A DNA stretch of 45,752 bases from an uncultured Pirellulaceae bacterium. Lineage in GTDB: Bacteria; Planctomycetota; Planctomycetia; Pirellulales; Pirellulaceae. Below the pieces are notes generated by a model. That model saw only the letters and a program-made list of their open reading frames with translations, did not search any database and was not told the DNA's origin. Shown piece after piece: positions 18,843 through 27,952 of the stretch; the stretch's first letter is position 1, and every line of letters starts with the position of its first letter. The translations under genes were made by a program, and so were the position numbers. The stretch is taken from the NCBI GenBank assembly GCA_964408465.1, contig CAYOZV010000009.1:1-45752 (forward strand), given 5' to 3'.

Positions 18843-19823
18843 TCAGTTACTGTTTCCGGCAACCGCCCCATTGGGGGTTTCGGTGAACACGCCGATCTTT
18901 CTAAATTTTTCGTATCGCTGGTCCAGTAGTTGATCAATCGGTGACTCCGACAACGACTTCAGCGTTTTCTTAAAGTAACCGCGTAAGGTTGCGGCCATTG
19001 AGTGGTGATCGCGATGGGCGCCTCCCAGTGGTTCTTTAATCACGTCATCAACGATCCCCATTCTCAAAAGATCCTTCGAAGTGAATTTAAGGGCGGTGGC
19101 GGCTTTTTCGGCATGTTGGGCTCCCTTCCAAAGGATCCCCGCACAGCCTTCTGGGCTGATGACGGAGTAGTAGGCGTTTTGCAACACCGCGACCCGGTCG
19201 CCAACACCGATACCCAACGCGCCGCCGCTGCCTCCTTCGCCGATCACGCAACAGATGATCGGCGTCTTCAGTCGTGACATCTCGTACATGTTCTCGGCGA
19301 TCACCTGAGCCTGGCCCCGTTCTTCGGCGCCGATACCTGGATACGCGCCGGGCGTGTCAATCAAACAGATCACCGGCAGGCCGTATTTTGCTGCCATCCG
19401 CATCTTGGCCATCGCTTTTCGGTATCCCTCGGGGTGAGCACAACCGAAATGTGTTTTCTGACGGTCCTTAAACGTGCGCCCCTTTTGATGGCCCAGCACC
19501 ATGACTTTTGTATTGTCCAACCGAGCGAATCCCACGCGAATCGCGGGATCATCGCCAAACAATTTGTCACCATGCAATTCGATGAATTCGTCAAAGATCA
19601 ACGACAAGTAATCGACCGTGTGCGGGCGGTCTTTGTGGCGAGCGATCTGCACCGTTTGCCATGGCGTCAAGTTCTCGTAAACGGACTTGGTCCGTTCGAT
19701 CAGTTCTTTATTCAAGTTCCGTAGATACTCGTCGGCGCCCGCAGCACCGCTGGAATTTTTTTGAAATGATTCGATCTCAGTAGCGATATCGGCGATGGGT
19801 TGTTCAAAGTCAAGATAGTCCAT
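18843..19823 (-). CDS. accA: Acetyl-CoA carboxylase carboxyltransferase alpha subunit
   Basis: LDFEQPI, ELHGD, PEGYRKA, IDTPGAYPGIGAEERGQ, GEGGSGGALG and YSVISPEGCA motifs. Confidence 0.98.
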   Translation of the reverse strand: MDYLDFEQPIADIATEIESFQKNSSGAAGADEYLRNLNKELIERTKSVYENLTPWQTVQIARHKDRPHTVDYLSLIFDEFIELHGDKLFGDDPAIRVGFARLDNTKVMVLGHQKGRTFKDRQKTHFGCAHPEGYRKAMAKMRMAAKYGLPVICLIDTPGAYPGIGAEERGQAQVIAENMYEMSRLKTPIICCVIGEGGSGGALGIGVGDRVAVLQNAYYSVISPEGCAGILWKGAQHAEKAATALKFTSKDLLRMGIVDDVIKEPLGGAHRDHHSMAATLRGYFKKTLKSLSESPIDQLLDQRYEKFRKIGVFTETPNGAVAGNSN

Positions 19824-19939
19824 GGTCGGCTGAGCTTTTTCAGTGCAAAGGTAAATGTTGGTGCAAACGCACTAGTAAATTAAAGTGAAGTTGTTTTTGG
19901 ATCTTTTCCGTTGGATGTTTGTTCCGTCGGAAGTGTCTT

Positions 19940-20806
19940 TTACCGTCGGAAGTTTTTGGGACGCATGCTATGGCGATAAATTTGAATCTTATCCAGCTCG
20001 TTGATGAACTCTCTCATCGTTTGAATTCGTTTGTCAGGATCTTTCGCCAGCATGATCCTAACCAATGCCGCGAAGTCCTTCGACGCGCCGCTGACGGCCT
20101 GCAGGTTGGGGATCGGCGCACTCAGATGTTTACTGAGCAGTTGTTCGGGGGAGGCTGCGTTGTAAGGAGTTTTGCCCGACATCATCTCAAAGAGCATGCA
20201 CCCAAACCCGTAAACGTCGGCCCTGACATCAAGGTGTTTGCGTCGAATTTGCTCAGGCGAGATATAGCTGCGTGTCCCCATGATAGTCTTGGCTTTATTG
20301 GAACCAAGTCCTAAGAAACCCTTTTTCTTATCCTTCACAGCGATCGAAAAGTCAATCAGCTTCACATTGGCTTGTTCGTCCACCAGGTAGTTGTCCGGCT
20401 TGATGTCGCAGTGAATCCACCCCACGTCGTGAAGGTGCGCGAGTCCTTCGGCGGCCGCTCGCATGACGACGCCCATGTTCTCCGCGAGTACCTCGGGGCG
20501 TTCGCGGATTTCAATCTTAAGGTTGCGAGCCTGATAAAGTTGCATCGATACCAAGGGGAAACCTTGGTCTTCGTGATAGCCAAAGATCTTAATCACGTTG
20601 GGATGGTTGACGAAATTACCGACCATTGCCTCGTGTTTGAGTTGGCCAATTTCGTCTTTGTCGGTGCGGAAATCAGACAGCAAGATTTTCAATGCGACGC
20701 GTTCTTTTTCATCGATACGTTTCGCCTCCCAAACCGCGGTGGTCGTGCCGCTTCGAATCAATCGCAACAATTGAAAAGGACCAATAAAGCTTCTTCCGAC
20801 TGACAC
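19940..20806 (-). CDS. Soluble Hanks-type Ser/Thr kinase (non-RD)
   Basis: VALK, HCDIKPDN, DFS, GTRSYISPEQ and DVYGFG; no TM segment. GTG 20806 preferred; ORF open to 20905. Confidence 0.9.
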   Translation of the reverse strand: MSVGRSFIGPFQLLRLIRSGTTTAVWEAKRIDEKERVALKILLSDFRTDKDEIGQLKHEAMVGNFVNHPNVIKIFGYHEDQGFPLVSMQLYQARNLKIEIRERPEVLAENMGVVMRAAAEGLAHLHDVGWIHCDIKPDNYLVDEQANVKLIDFSIAVKDKKKGFLGLGSNKAKTIMGTRSYISPEQIRRKHLDVRADVYGFGCMLFEMMSGKTPYNAASPEQLLSKHLSAPIPNLQAVSGASKDFAALVRIMLAKDPDKRIQTMREFINELDKIQIYRHSMRPKNFRR

Positions 20807-20876
20807 TTGAACAATCCGTTGGGTTGGTTTCGTGGGCTTAATACGTGGGAGTGACGACAAGGCGACCGCCGGTATT

Positions 20877-21641
20877 TTACCCCAAATTTTCATCGCGATA
20901 AACAACGTGATCCATAAACAACCCGTGGGCGGGAGCCGTTTGTCCGGCCAATTTTCGATCTTTTTGATCTAAAAGCCAAGTAATCCACTCGGGGGGGTGG
21001 AGTCCGCGGCCTACCAAGACGAGCGTCCCGACGATATTTCGAACCATGTTGTATAAAAATCCGTTCGCGGTGACCGTAATGGTCACGTCCTCAAACGGCC
21101 CGCGGCGGCTGAGTTCAACGCTGCAGTGGATGACCGTGCGGACGGTGCTCTGACGAACTGAACCGGTGGCCTGGAAGCTGGCAAAATCATGCGCGCCCAC
21201 AAACAGTGCCGCCGCTTGGTCCATCGCATCGGCGTCTAAATGATAAGGAACAAACCAAGCGTACCGTTGACGCAACGGATCTAAAATTCTGCCGGACTGA
21301 ATATAGTACTGATAAGTTTTCTCAACCGCATGCGTGATGGCGTTGAAATCGTCGCCAACCTCTATCGCGGACACGATCGAGATATCTGTCGGCATGTTGG
21401 CATTGACCGCGCGGAGCAGCCGATTGCAATCAAGCGCTGATTGAGTCTCTAGTGAACAGACTTGTCGACGTGCGTGCACGCCTGAGTCGGTACGTCCACT
21501 GCCGGTGATGGTGATTTCTTCACCCGTTATTTTCTTCCACGACTCTTCCAACGTCTGTTGAATCGTGGGGGCATTTTTCTGTCGCTGCCACCCGGCGTAG
21601 TTCGTTCCATCGTAGGTGATGGTGAGTTTCAAAGTTCGCAT
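20877..21641 (-). CDS. truA: tRNA pseudouridine(38-40) synthase
   Basis: YDGTNYAGWQ, GSGRTDSGVHA, GAHDFASF, FLYNMVRNIVG and APAHGL motifs. Confidence 0.98.
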   Translation of the reverse strand: MRTLKLTITYDGTNYAGWQRQKNAPTIQQTLEESWKKITGEEITITGSGRTDSGVHARRQVCSLETQSALDCNRLLRAVNANMPTDISIVSAIEVGDDFNAITHAVEKTYQYYIQSGRILDPLRQRYAWFVPYHLDADAMDQAAALFVGAHDFASFQATGSVRQSTVRTVIHCSVELSRRGPFEDVTITVTANGFLYNMVRNIVGTLVLVGRGLHPPEWITWLLDQKDRKLAGQTAPAHGLFMDHVVYRDENLG

Positions 21642-21870
21642 GGCGGGATTCTAACGAGCGACCGTCAGTGGTTCTAGCGGTTGTTTCGCTGGGTGATTCG
21701 CTTATCGCCACTTCAACGATATCAATTTGAGCGACTACGTATCAAACTGAAACATTTACAAACACCTCCTCAGTGGGTCCCGCTAGCGTGTGGACAGTGT
21801 CAATGGGCGCTAGCGAAATATAAGGCGGTCAAAATTGGGGCTTCGTGGAAATTTGTTTTTTGAAGGATGA

Positions 21871-21887
21871 TTGGCACACCGGTTGCG
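21871..21887 (+). promoter_or_regulatory. Sigma54 (-24/-12) promoter
   Basis: TTGGCACACCGGTTGCG matches TGGCAC-N5-TTGC with exact GG-N10-GC spacing; intergenic, about 120 bp upstream of ORF 22008. Confidence 0.8.
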
Positions 21888-22007
21888 TCTAAGTCAATGC
21901 GTCAAAGTCAATGCGTCGTCACTAGATGTGCTTCAGCACGAACAAGTGTGACTCGATCGCTCAACGCGACGTGCGTTGTTGATTCTAAACATAAAAAGGG
22001 AATTAAA

Positions 22008-22247
22008 ATGGTTGCTACATTACAAAAAATAGACGTCGTCGCTTCGGAAACAAAGCATCAAACAGCTGATGCATTCTTGAAGGTTTCGCGATTGGGAGAC
22101 CTGCACGATGACGCAACGATGGACGCACTTCGCCGCGCGGCTGAAATTCGCCGCACGTGGAACGACAAAGAAGTTGCTCGCCGGAAAAGCGTTGGGCAAC
22201 AACGTCGTAACGAATTGGCGGAACTATTGGCCAACGCCTGCAATTAA
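22008..22247 (+). CDS. Small hypothetical protein (79 aa)
   Basis: AAAGGGAA RBS-like element before ATG 22008; helical charged C-terminus (AAEIRRTWNDKEVARRK); lies downstream of a sigma54 promoter. Confidence 0.7.
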   Translation: MVATLQKIDVVASETKHQTADAFLKVSRLGDLHDDATMDALRRAAEIRRTWNDKEVARRKSVGQQRRNELAELLANACN

Positions 22248-22276
22248 ACCGGAGGTGCAGGTGTTAGCTGGGATTG

Positions 22277-23251
22277 CTAGTCTGTTGACCTGCGGTGCAG
22301 CGTCTCAGGTCCGTGAGTCGACCGTCGAAACCAGCCTGGTGAAACGAACGATAGGTTTGCGATCAGCATGACCAACCCGAACGTCATCATTCCCATGCAA
22401 ATTCCGATCCCCAAGTGCATCGGAATTGCCAGCGTGAGCATGATTGGACGGGTGAGCTTTGGCCAGATCAAAGCCGCGTAGCCAACCTCCCAGAACAACG
22501 TCAGCAAAGTCAGCGCTGCCACGACAGTCATCTGATCCGCCATGAAAGTCATGTCGACGGTTTGGTATTCGTAGCTGGCGAGGGCACCCCAGAGTGCTTC
22601 ACCGTTCCACCATGTATCGCCCTGACATTTCCCCAAGCCTGCAAACAGATAGACCACGCACAGGTGGATCTGAATAAGCCGCGTGGCAATCGAATTCCAT
22701 GAACTCGGTTGCACTTCAACGAGATTTGGATGCTTGCGAGACTTCCACCAGCGGTCCACCGAGAACGTGTCTCCGCAGTTGCCCACGGCCAAATACAGCG
22801 TCAAGAAGGCGAGTATCTGATCCAACCCAAATAACGCACCGGTGGCGCGGTTGGCGTAGGAGATCACTAGAGCCGCGGTGATCCAAGAAAAAAACTTTGT
22901 CTGCCAACCGACAACGAAGCAAGCAACCGCCAGCAGCCCCAAAACGTGCGCCGGCATCCACAGCGCCTGTGGCAGCCAATCAAAATGGCTCCAATCGCAC
23001 GTCGATTCAAATCCATTCTGAAAAAGGTTGGCTCGATAATCTGCCGATAGCAGTTTTTCGCCGATGAACCCGTCAAATTCCAGCGTCCAGACCGCGTGCG
23101 AATACAGCACCATCAAACCCGTGAGGATTCTGATGACGGCCAACGCCTGAGGCGCGCTGGGCCGAAACCAAAACTGGTTCCAGGCCGCTGCCCATTGCAG
23201 AAGAAAGGGTTCCTCCGACGGATAGTTTTCATTGCCAGTGGAATCGCTCAT
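22277..23251 (-). CDS. HTTM-domain membrane protein (vitamin K-dependent carboxylase/SdpB-like)
   Basis: WNQFWF, LAVIRILTG, FSVDRW, RLIQIHLCVVYLFAGLGK, WWNGEA and MHLGIG..MG...FG motifs. Confidence 0.9.
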   Translation of the reverse strand: MSDSTGNENYPSEEPFLLQWAAAWNQFWFRPSAPQALAVIRILTGLMVLYSHAVWTLEFDGFIGEKLLSADYRANLFQNGFESTCDWSHFDWLPQALWMPAHVLGLLAVACFVVGWQTKFFSWITAALVISYANRATGALFGLDQILAFLTLYLAVGNCGDTFSVDRWWKSRKHPNLVEVQPSSWNSIATRLIQIHLCVVYLFAGLGKCQGDTWWNGEALWGALASYEYQTVDMTFMADQMTVVAALTLLTLFWEVGYAALIWPKLTRPIMLTLAIPMHLGIGICMGMMTFGLVMLIANLSFVSPGWFRRSTHGPETLHRRSTD

Positions 23252-24105
23252 GGTGCTGACTCCTGGGCACGGGGTGATTCTGCGAAGTCAGATCTCTTGA
23301 AGCGCCCAATCACTCGATTGGCCGGGTAGCGCAAAAACACTTCGTCGTCCAGATCAGCACCTTGGCGAACCTCAACGGGAAACGGAATGGTGCGGGTGCC
23401 AACGGACAGCTCGATTTCCTGCCCGTCATGGCGCTCCAGTAAAAATTTGCCTGTCGAACGAACCAAGGCCTTGATGCGCTTGATGGTTCTTTCGTATTCG
23501 GCTTCTTCTTGAGAGCGTTGCTTTTCTAATTCGTTGCCAAGCTCTATTTTTGCGTTTTGCAGAAGCAGCTTCACGCGTTCACTTTTTTCAAGGTTCAGTT
23601 TCTTGAATTCGCTGGGGCTGGGCGTTTGCGCGTGTTCGGCAAAGATGGTCTCGCTGAGCATGAACCAACGGTGATACAGCAGTCGCGGCCAAGCGGTATC
23701 ACGATCGGGAAACTGCCCTTCGACTTGTGTGCCGTCACTGTTGGTGATTTTGTACTGGACGAGATGACTGTCGCCGGGGTTGGGCGCGAAGAAGCGATAG
23801 CCGTGGCCCATGAACAGACCGCGATGCAGTGGCCCCAATGTTTTCGCAATCGGCGCGGTGAGGTGCTGGGAAGAAATGGGGTTGGACAAGGGGCCCAGCA
23901 CCAGCAAGAACAAATAGGCCGCAATCATTACCGACGCCAGAGTACGCTGCCAAGCTGACCAAGGTATCCGCCGCGCGACAGGCGGTGCATCCCCACTCCC
24001 GCTGTCGTCGGCCGTTGCAGATTTGCGATTGGTTGGCGTTACCGGCGGATTTGACCGCGCGGGCACCTTTGGTTTCGGTTTTCTTTTCTTGGGACTCATG
24101 ACCAT
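23248..24105 (-). CDS. DUF5819/SdpA-like membrane-anchored partner of the HTTM protein
   Basis: Single N-proximal TM helix then GYRFFAPNP; stop overlaps the HTTM start (ATGA). Confidence 0.72.
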   Translation of the reverse strand: MVMSPKKRKPKPKVPARSNPPVTPTNRKSATADDSGSGDAPPVARRIPWSAWQRTLASVMIAAYLFLLVLGPLSNPISSQHLTAPIAKTLGPLHRGLFMGHGYRFFAPNPGDSHLVQYKITNSDGTQVEGQFPDRDTAWPRLLYHRWFMLSETIFAEHAQTPSPSEFKKLNLEKSERVKLLLQNAKIELGNELEKQRSQEEAEYERTIKRIKALVRSTGKFLLERHDGQEIELSVGTRTIPFPVEVRQGADLDDEVFLRYPANRVIGRFKRSDFAESPRAQESAP

Positions 24106-24131
24106 CTAATTTTAGTTGTCGACAGCCCATG

Positions 24132-24167
24132 AAAAGAACCCGTTTCCACCGAGACGGTAAAAACGGG
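24132..24167 (-). terminator. Intrinsic terminator/attenuator after the TIGR03000 gene
   Basis: Minus strand CCCGTTTTTACCG-tct-CGGTGGAAACGGG (13 bp including two G-U pairs) followed by TTCTTTT. Confidence 0.7.
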
Positions 24168-24291
24168 CTGATAAGAATTGTTACCATCGGCACAACCGAT
24201 CATCCACTGAGGATGATTCGGTGTTGACTGGCCGCCGGAAACGAAAACTAAGTTGGGATGCAATACTCGTTTGTGGGTGCGTCTCCCAGGC

Positions 24292-25833
24292 TTAATTTTG
24301 CGCGACCGAAGTTCCGATTGAGTCGCGTGGGGATGCCCCCATTGCGATCATCTCTTTAGCTCCCGCGACCAAATTCAGCGTCTTCGTTTGGACGACTTGC
24401 TTGCCGTCCTTCACGTAGCGGACTTCGATCTTGTAATCGTTCCAGGACTGCTCGTTGGTCAGTTTACGCGTAGAAAACGTTCGGATCTTGCCTTTGGCGT
24501 TCGTCTTTTGACCGTCCAGCAGAACTTCAGCGTCAACGGGAACCTTTAAAACCAAAGTGGTAACTTGCGGTTGGTCGAATTTGAACTGCACCAAACGATC
24601 GTGACCAGGACGCATGCTGACCAATCGGGTCCGCACGATCTCGCGGCCATCTTTTTCGACGACGGCTTTGACGCGGTAGCGATAGTTTTTGTCTTTTGTC
24701 AGGTTACGCGATACGTACTGCCGCAGCGCTCCTTGTGTCTTGGTTAGTTTACCGTTGATATAAACTCTTGCTTCGCGCGGAAGTTTGAGTGATAGGATCG
24801 CTTTGTAATTGTTCTGCTTAAATTCGGTTGAACCGGCATCAGCATCTGGAATCGGGGCGTCAGGGAGGCCGTCGCCGAAACCTGATTCAGATCCCGGAGC
24901 CATGCCCGGATCGACCGGGCCGTAGATCGTACCCGGTTGTGGTTGAGCAGAATTGTCAAAAGACGGATCAAACGTCTCCGAAGCACCGTAGTCTAAAACG
25001 GGGGCGTCGTAGCTGGTTTCAACCGCTCCGGGCACACCGTAGTTTTCTAGCGTGGTGCCGATCGTTGATTCACTGCCGTAGACCGGAACTTCCATGCTGC
25101 TGATGGGGCTGGCGTAGGCGTCTTCGATGCTGCCGTAGACAAGCCCGCTGTCAAAGTTGTCGTACGATAACCCGCTGTCGTAGCTGGCAACGGGATAGGA
25201 GGAATCGAACGAGCTGATCGGATAACTGAGATCCGAAGTTCCGCTGAGATAACCTGCTCCCCAATCGCCGTAATAGTTTTCAGTAGCCGCACCCGAGTAG
25301 AGTCCGCCGGTAAGTCCGCCGGTCGATCCGTAACTGTTGCCCCCATCGTAGGACAATCCCGAACTCCAACTTGAATACCCGGGCTGTCCACCAAGGCCGC
25401 CGGTTGATCCGCCGCCTGCAATCGCGAAAGATCCCCTTGATCCCCATCCGCCGGTTGAGCCACCATCTAATAATCCGCCACCGAACAAACGATTCCTCAA
25501 CGCGCCTCCGCCCAACAACCCGCCGCGACTGCCAGCGAAGCCCATGCTTCCGCCGTATCCGTTTCCGCCAATATCAGAGATGCGATCGCCGATGCGGCCA
25601 AGACCGTCGCCGACGATTCCAACACTGGTGCCCACGATACCCAGTAGGTTTCGTAGGGGGCGTCTTCCGGCCAGCAAACCGCCGCCGCCCCAACTGCCAC
25701 CACCGGAACCAAATCCGCCGCGCGAACTTCCCCAGCTTCCGCCATAGGCGTGGGCCGATTCAGAAAGTCCTAACGACAACACGATCATCAAAGCGAGGAT
25801 CGCTCCGAGTTTGCCTGTCCATTGCCTGATCAT
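24292..25833 (-). CDS. Exported protein: Gly/Ser/Tyr low-complexity region + two TIGR03000-type domains
   Basis: AGGAG RBS and ATG 25833; signal peptide ending AHA; two copies of L-x-L/V-P-x-x-A-x-V-x-x-x-G-x-x-T...G-x-x-R-x-Y/F. Confidence 0.85.
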   Translation of the reverse strand: MIRQWTGKLGAILALMIVLSLGLSESAHAYGGSWGSSRGGFGSGGGSWGGGGLLAGRRPLRNLLGIVGTSVGIVGDGLGRIGDRISDIGGNGYGGSMGFAGSRGGLLGGGALRNRLFGGGLLDGGSTGGWGSRGSFAIAGGGSTGGLGGQPGYSSWSSGLSYDGGNSYGSTGGLTGGLYSGAATENYYGDWGAGYLSGTSDLSYPISSFDSSYPVASYDSGLSYDNFDSGLVYGSIEDAYASPISSMEVPVYGSESTIGTTLENYGVPGAVETSYDAPVLDYGASETFDPSFDNSAQPQPGTIYGPVDPGMAPGSESGFGDGLPDAPIPDADAGSTEFKQNNYKAILSLKLPREARVYINGKLTKTQGALRQYVSRNLTKDKNYRYRVKAVVEKDGREIVRTRLVSMRPGHDRLVQFKFDQPQVTTLVLKVPVDAEVLLDGQKTNAKGKIRTFSTRKLTNEQSWNDYKIEVRYVKDGKQVVQTKTLNLVAGAKEMIAMGASPRDSIGTSVAQN

Positions 25834-26183
25834 CAATATCTCCTAGTTCGTCGGTTGCAAAATCATGGTTGTCAGTCTCTAAGAGCCGAACAATTCAAAC
25901 GCCGATCCTAAACGGACGGCGCGGGTTTGTTATTGTCCCACGAAGCACTGGCAATTCAATGTCGGCACTGGCCGACATTGGAAGAAAAAGCGGAGATATT
26001 TTCCGGCAATCCAAGAATCGCCTGAATCCCGTCACGAAACCCTTTTTGAAACCGGTAACCCATTCTCAATCCCATGAACAATACTCAATTCCCTCACTAA
26101 TTCTCCGCTGATTCCTTCGTGGGTGGCGGCCAATTGGAAATGGCTACTGGAAAAAAAGCCGAAAATTTGCTCAATTGCAGCCT

Positions 26184-27290
26184 ATGAAAGGCACGATTCA
26201 TGTTTTCGATTTCCTCGCGCAGTCCGCCGCTGCGGCTGATTCTGCGGCCGCGGCCGACTCTCTGCCGACGGGGTTATGCCCGATCTTTGGAACCGACCGT
26301 TTTTTAAAACGGCTTTCGATCGCGTCTTTGACCGCTCAATTTGGGGCCGGCGAAGAAGATTTTTCGGCCACCAACTACGACGGCGGCCAAGCGACTTGGC
26401 CCGATATTAAAGACGAATTATTTACGCGGTCGCTGTTTGGCGGAGACGGTCCCAAGCTGATCGTCGTGGATGACGCCGAACCGTTTGTCAAAAATCACCG
26501 TGAGCGATTAGAGGATCTGACCAAACAAGATTTTGACGGTTTGTTGGTAATCGTGGTCGATAAGTGGGCCAGCAATACGCGGCTGTTTAAGGCGGCCGCC
26601 AAAAATGGGCTGCAGATTAAATGTTCGCCGCCACTCAAAGGCAGAAGCAAAAGCGTTGATCAAAAACAGGTGCAGCAATGGTTGGTCGCGCGGGCGGCCG
26701 ATGAATACGAGTACAAACTGCCCACCAGCGGCGCCCAAACGATCATTGAATTGACCGAATGTAATTTTGGCCGGATGGATCAAGAGCTCCAAAAAATCGC
26801 ACTGTACGTCGATAAAAAAGGCAACGTCACCAACGAGACGATCAAACAGGCCGTTGGCGGTTGGCGCGCAGAAACGATGTGGGCGGCACTGGACGCGGCG
26901 GTCGAAGGCGACGCGGGTAAAGCGCTAACGTTGTTGGATCAAATGCTGCGTGGCGGGGAATATCCTCTGGCGTTGTTTGGACAAATGGCTTGGTCGCTTC
27001 GTCGGTACGGGCAGGCCACCGAGATCGTTTATCAACAAATGCGTGCAGGTAAAAAACCAAGGATTGGTGACGCGGTTCGAGAGGCGGGATTCAACGCCTG
27101 GGGGGGCGAGATTGAAGCGGCCGAACAAAGGTTGAAAAAGATGGGCAGTGCGCGAGCAGGTAAGTTGCTCGATTGGCTATTGGAGGCGGACATGGCGCTC
27201 AAGCGATCTCATTCCCATGAATCGCGTGGCCGGTTGGTGTTGGAAACTTTGCTGGTGCGATTGGCAGATGAGTTAGCGCCAGCGGCTTGA
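26184..27290 (+). CDS. holA: DNA polymerase III delta subunit
   Basis: IFGTDRFL, ELFTRSLFG, LIVVDDA, DQELQKIALY and LLEADMALK motifs. Confidence 0.9.
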   Translation: MKGTIHVFDFLAQSAAAADSAAAADSLPTGLCPIFGTDRFLKRLSIASLTAQFGAGEEDFSATNYDGGQATWPDIKDELFTRSLFGGDGPKLIVVDDAEPFVKNHRERLEDLTKQDFDGLLVIVVDKWASNTRLFKAAAKNGLQIKCSPPLKGRSKSVDQKQVQQWLVARAADEYEYKLPTSGAQTIIELTECNFGRMDQELQKIALYVDKKGNVTNETIKQAVGGWRAETMWAALDAAVEGDAGKALTLLDQMLRGGEYPLALFGQMAWSLRRYGQATEIVYQQMRAGKKPRIGDAVREAGFNAWGGEIEAAEQRLKKMGSARAGKLLDWLLEADMALKRSHSHESRGRLVLETLLVRLADELAPAA

Positions 27291-27302
27291 TTTGCGCGAC
27301 GG

Positions 27303-27890
27303 TCACTCTCCCAGTTCGAAATCTTCGATGCCGAGGTCTTCCATCGTTTTGGAAAGTGCGTCATCTGGTTTTTCAACGCCGGATTCTTTGGCGTCGCCAC
27401 TGCCGGTGTGCTTTTGAACCTGCAAGCGGTTGGCCTCGACCGAAACGACTTTCACTGATTCCCCCGCTTCGATAGGAAAGCCCTTGGTCAACGCGTCGAA
27501 CTTTTGATCGTCGATGATGACAATACCACTGGGGTACATTTTGGTGTGGGCGACGCCAATTTTTCCAATCTGATCAGCCACACGCAGGTAGTGACTGTCC
27601 TTGGGCATGACGTTCTCTTTTTTTATATCGCCGATCAGGATCATCCGCCCAATCGGTGTGTGGGGCCAGATCTTGACCGCTGCGGCAAATAGGAACGGGA
27701 TTGCGACGACAATCAGCAGCAGGAAAATGGATCCGTACATCACGCTGTGTAAGAACGCCGCCGCCACGGATGCAATTGCAATCAGCAGCGCCAAAATGCC
27801 AACGGTCCCCGCGGTCGGCAGAAAGACCTCGACCGACAGCAGCAACAGCGCGACCAGAATGCCAATGATGGACAGAAGTAAATAGGACAT
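27303..27890 (-). CDS. Short NfeD-family protein (TM + OB-fold)
   Basis: EVFLPTAG TM motif; IGKIGVAHTKMYPSG...DA.T.G..IEAGE.VKVV OB-fold. Confidence 0.88.
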   Translation of the reverse strand: MSYLLLSIIGILVALLLLSVEVFLPTAGTVGILALLIAIASVAAAFLHSVMYGSIFLLLIVVAIPFLFAAAVKIWPHTPIGRMILIGDIKKENVMPKDSHYLRVADQIGKIGVAHTKMYPSGIVIIDDQKFDALTKGFPIEAGESVKVVSVEANRLQVQKHTGSGDAKESGVEKPDDALSKTMEDLGIEDFELGE

Positions 27891-27952
27891 GGGAGTATCG
27901 GTCGGACGAAGTATCGGTTGGCCGGTTGAGTCGGCAGGGTTGCGATTTTAGT

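Noticed and set aside
20807-20905. Kinase N-terminal extension overlapping truA
   Set aside because: The kinase fold begins at VSVGRSFIGPF; the extension is probably not translated.
26226-26261. AAAADS duplication near the holA N-terminus
   Set aside because: Short in-frame duplication with diverged codons; no functional implication visible.
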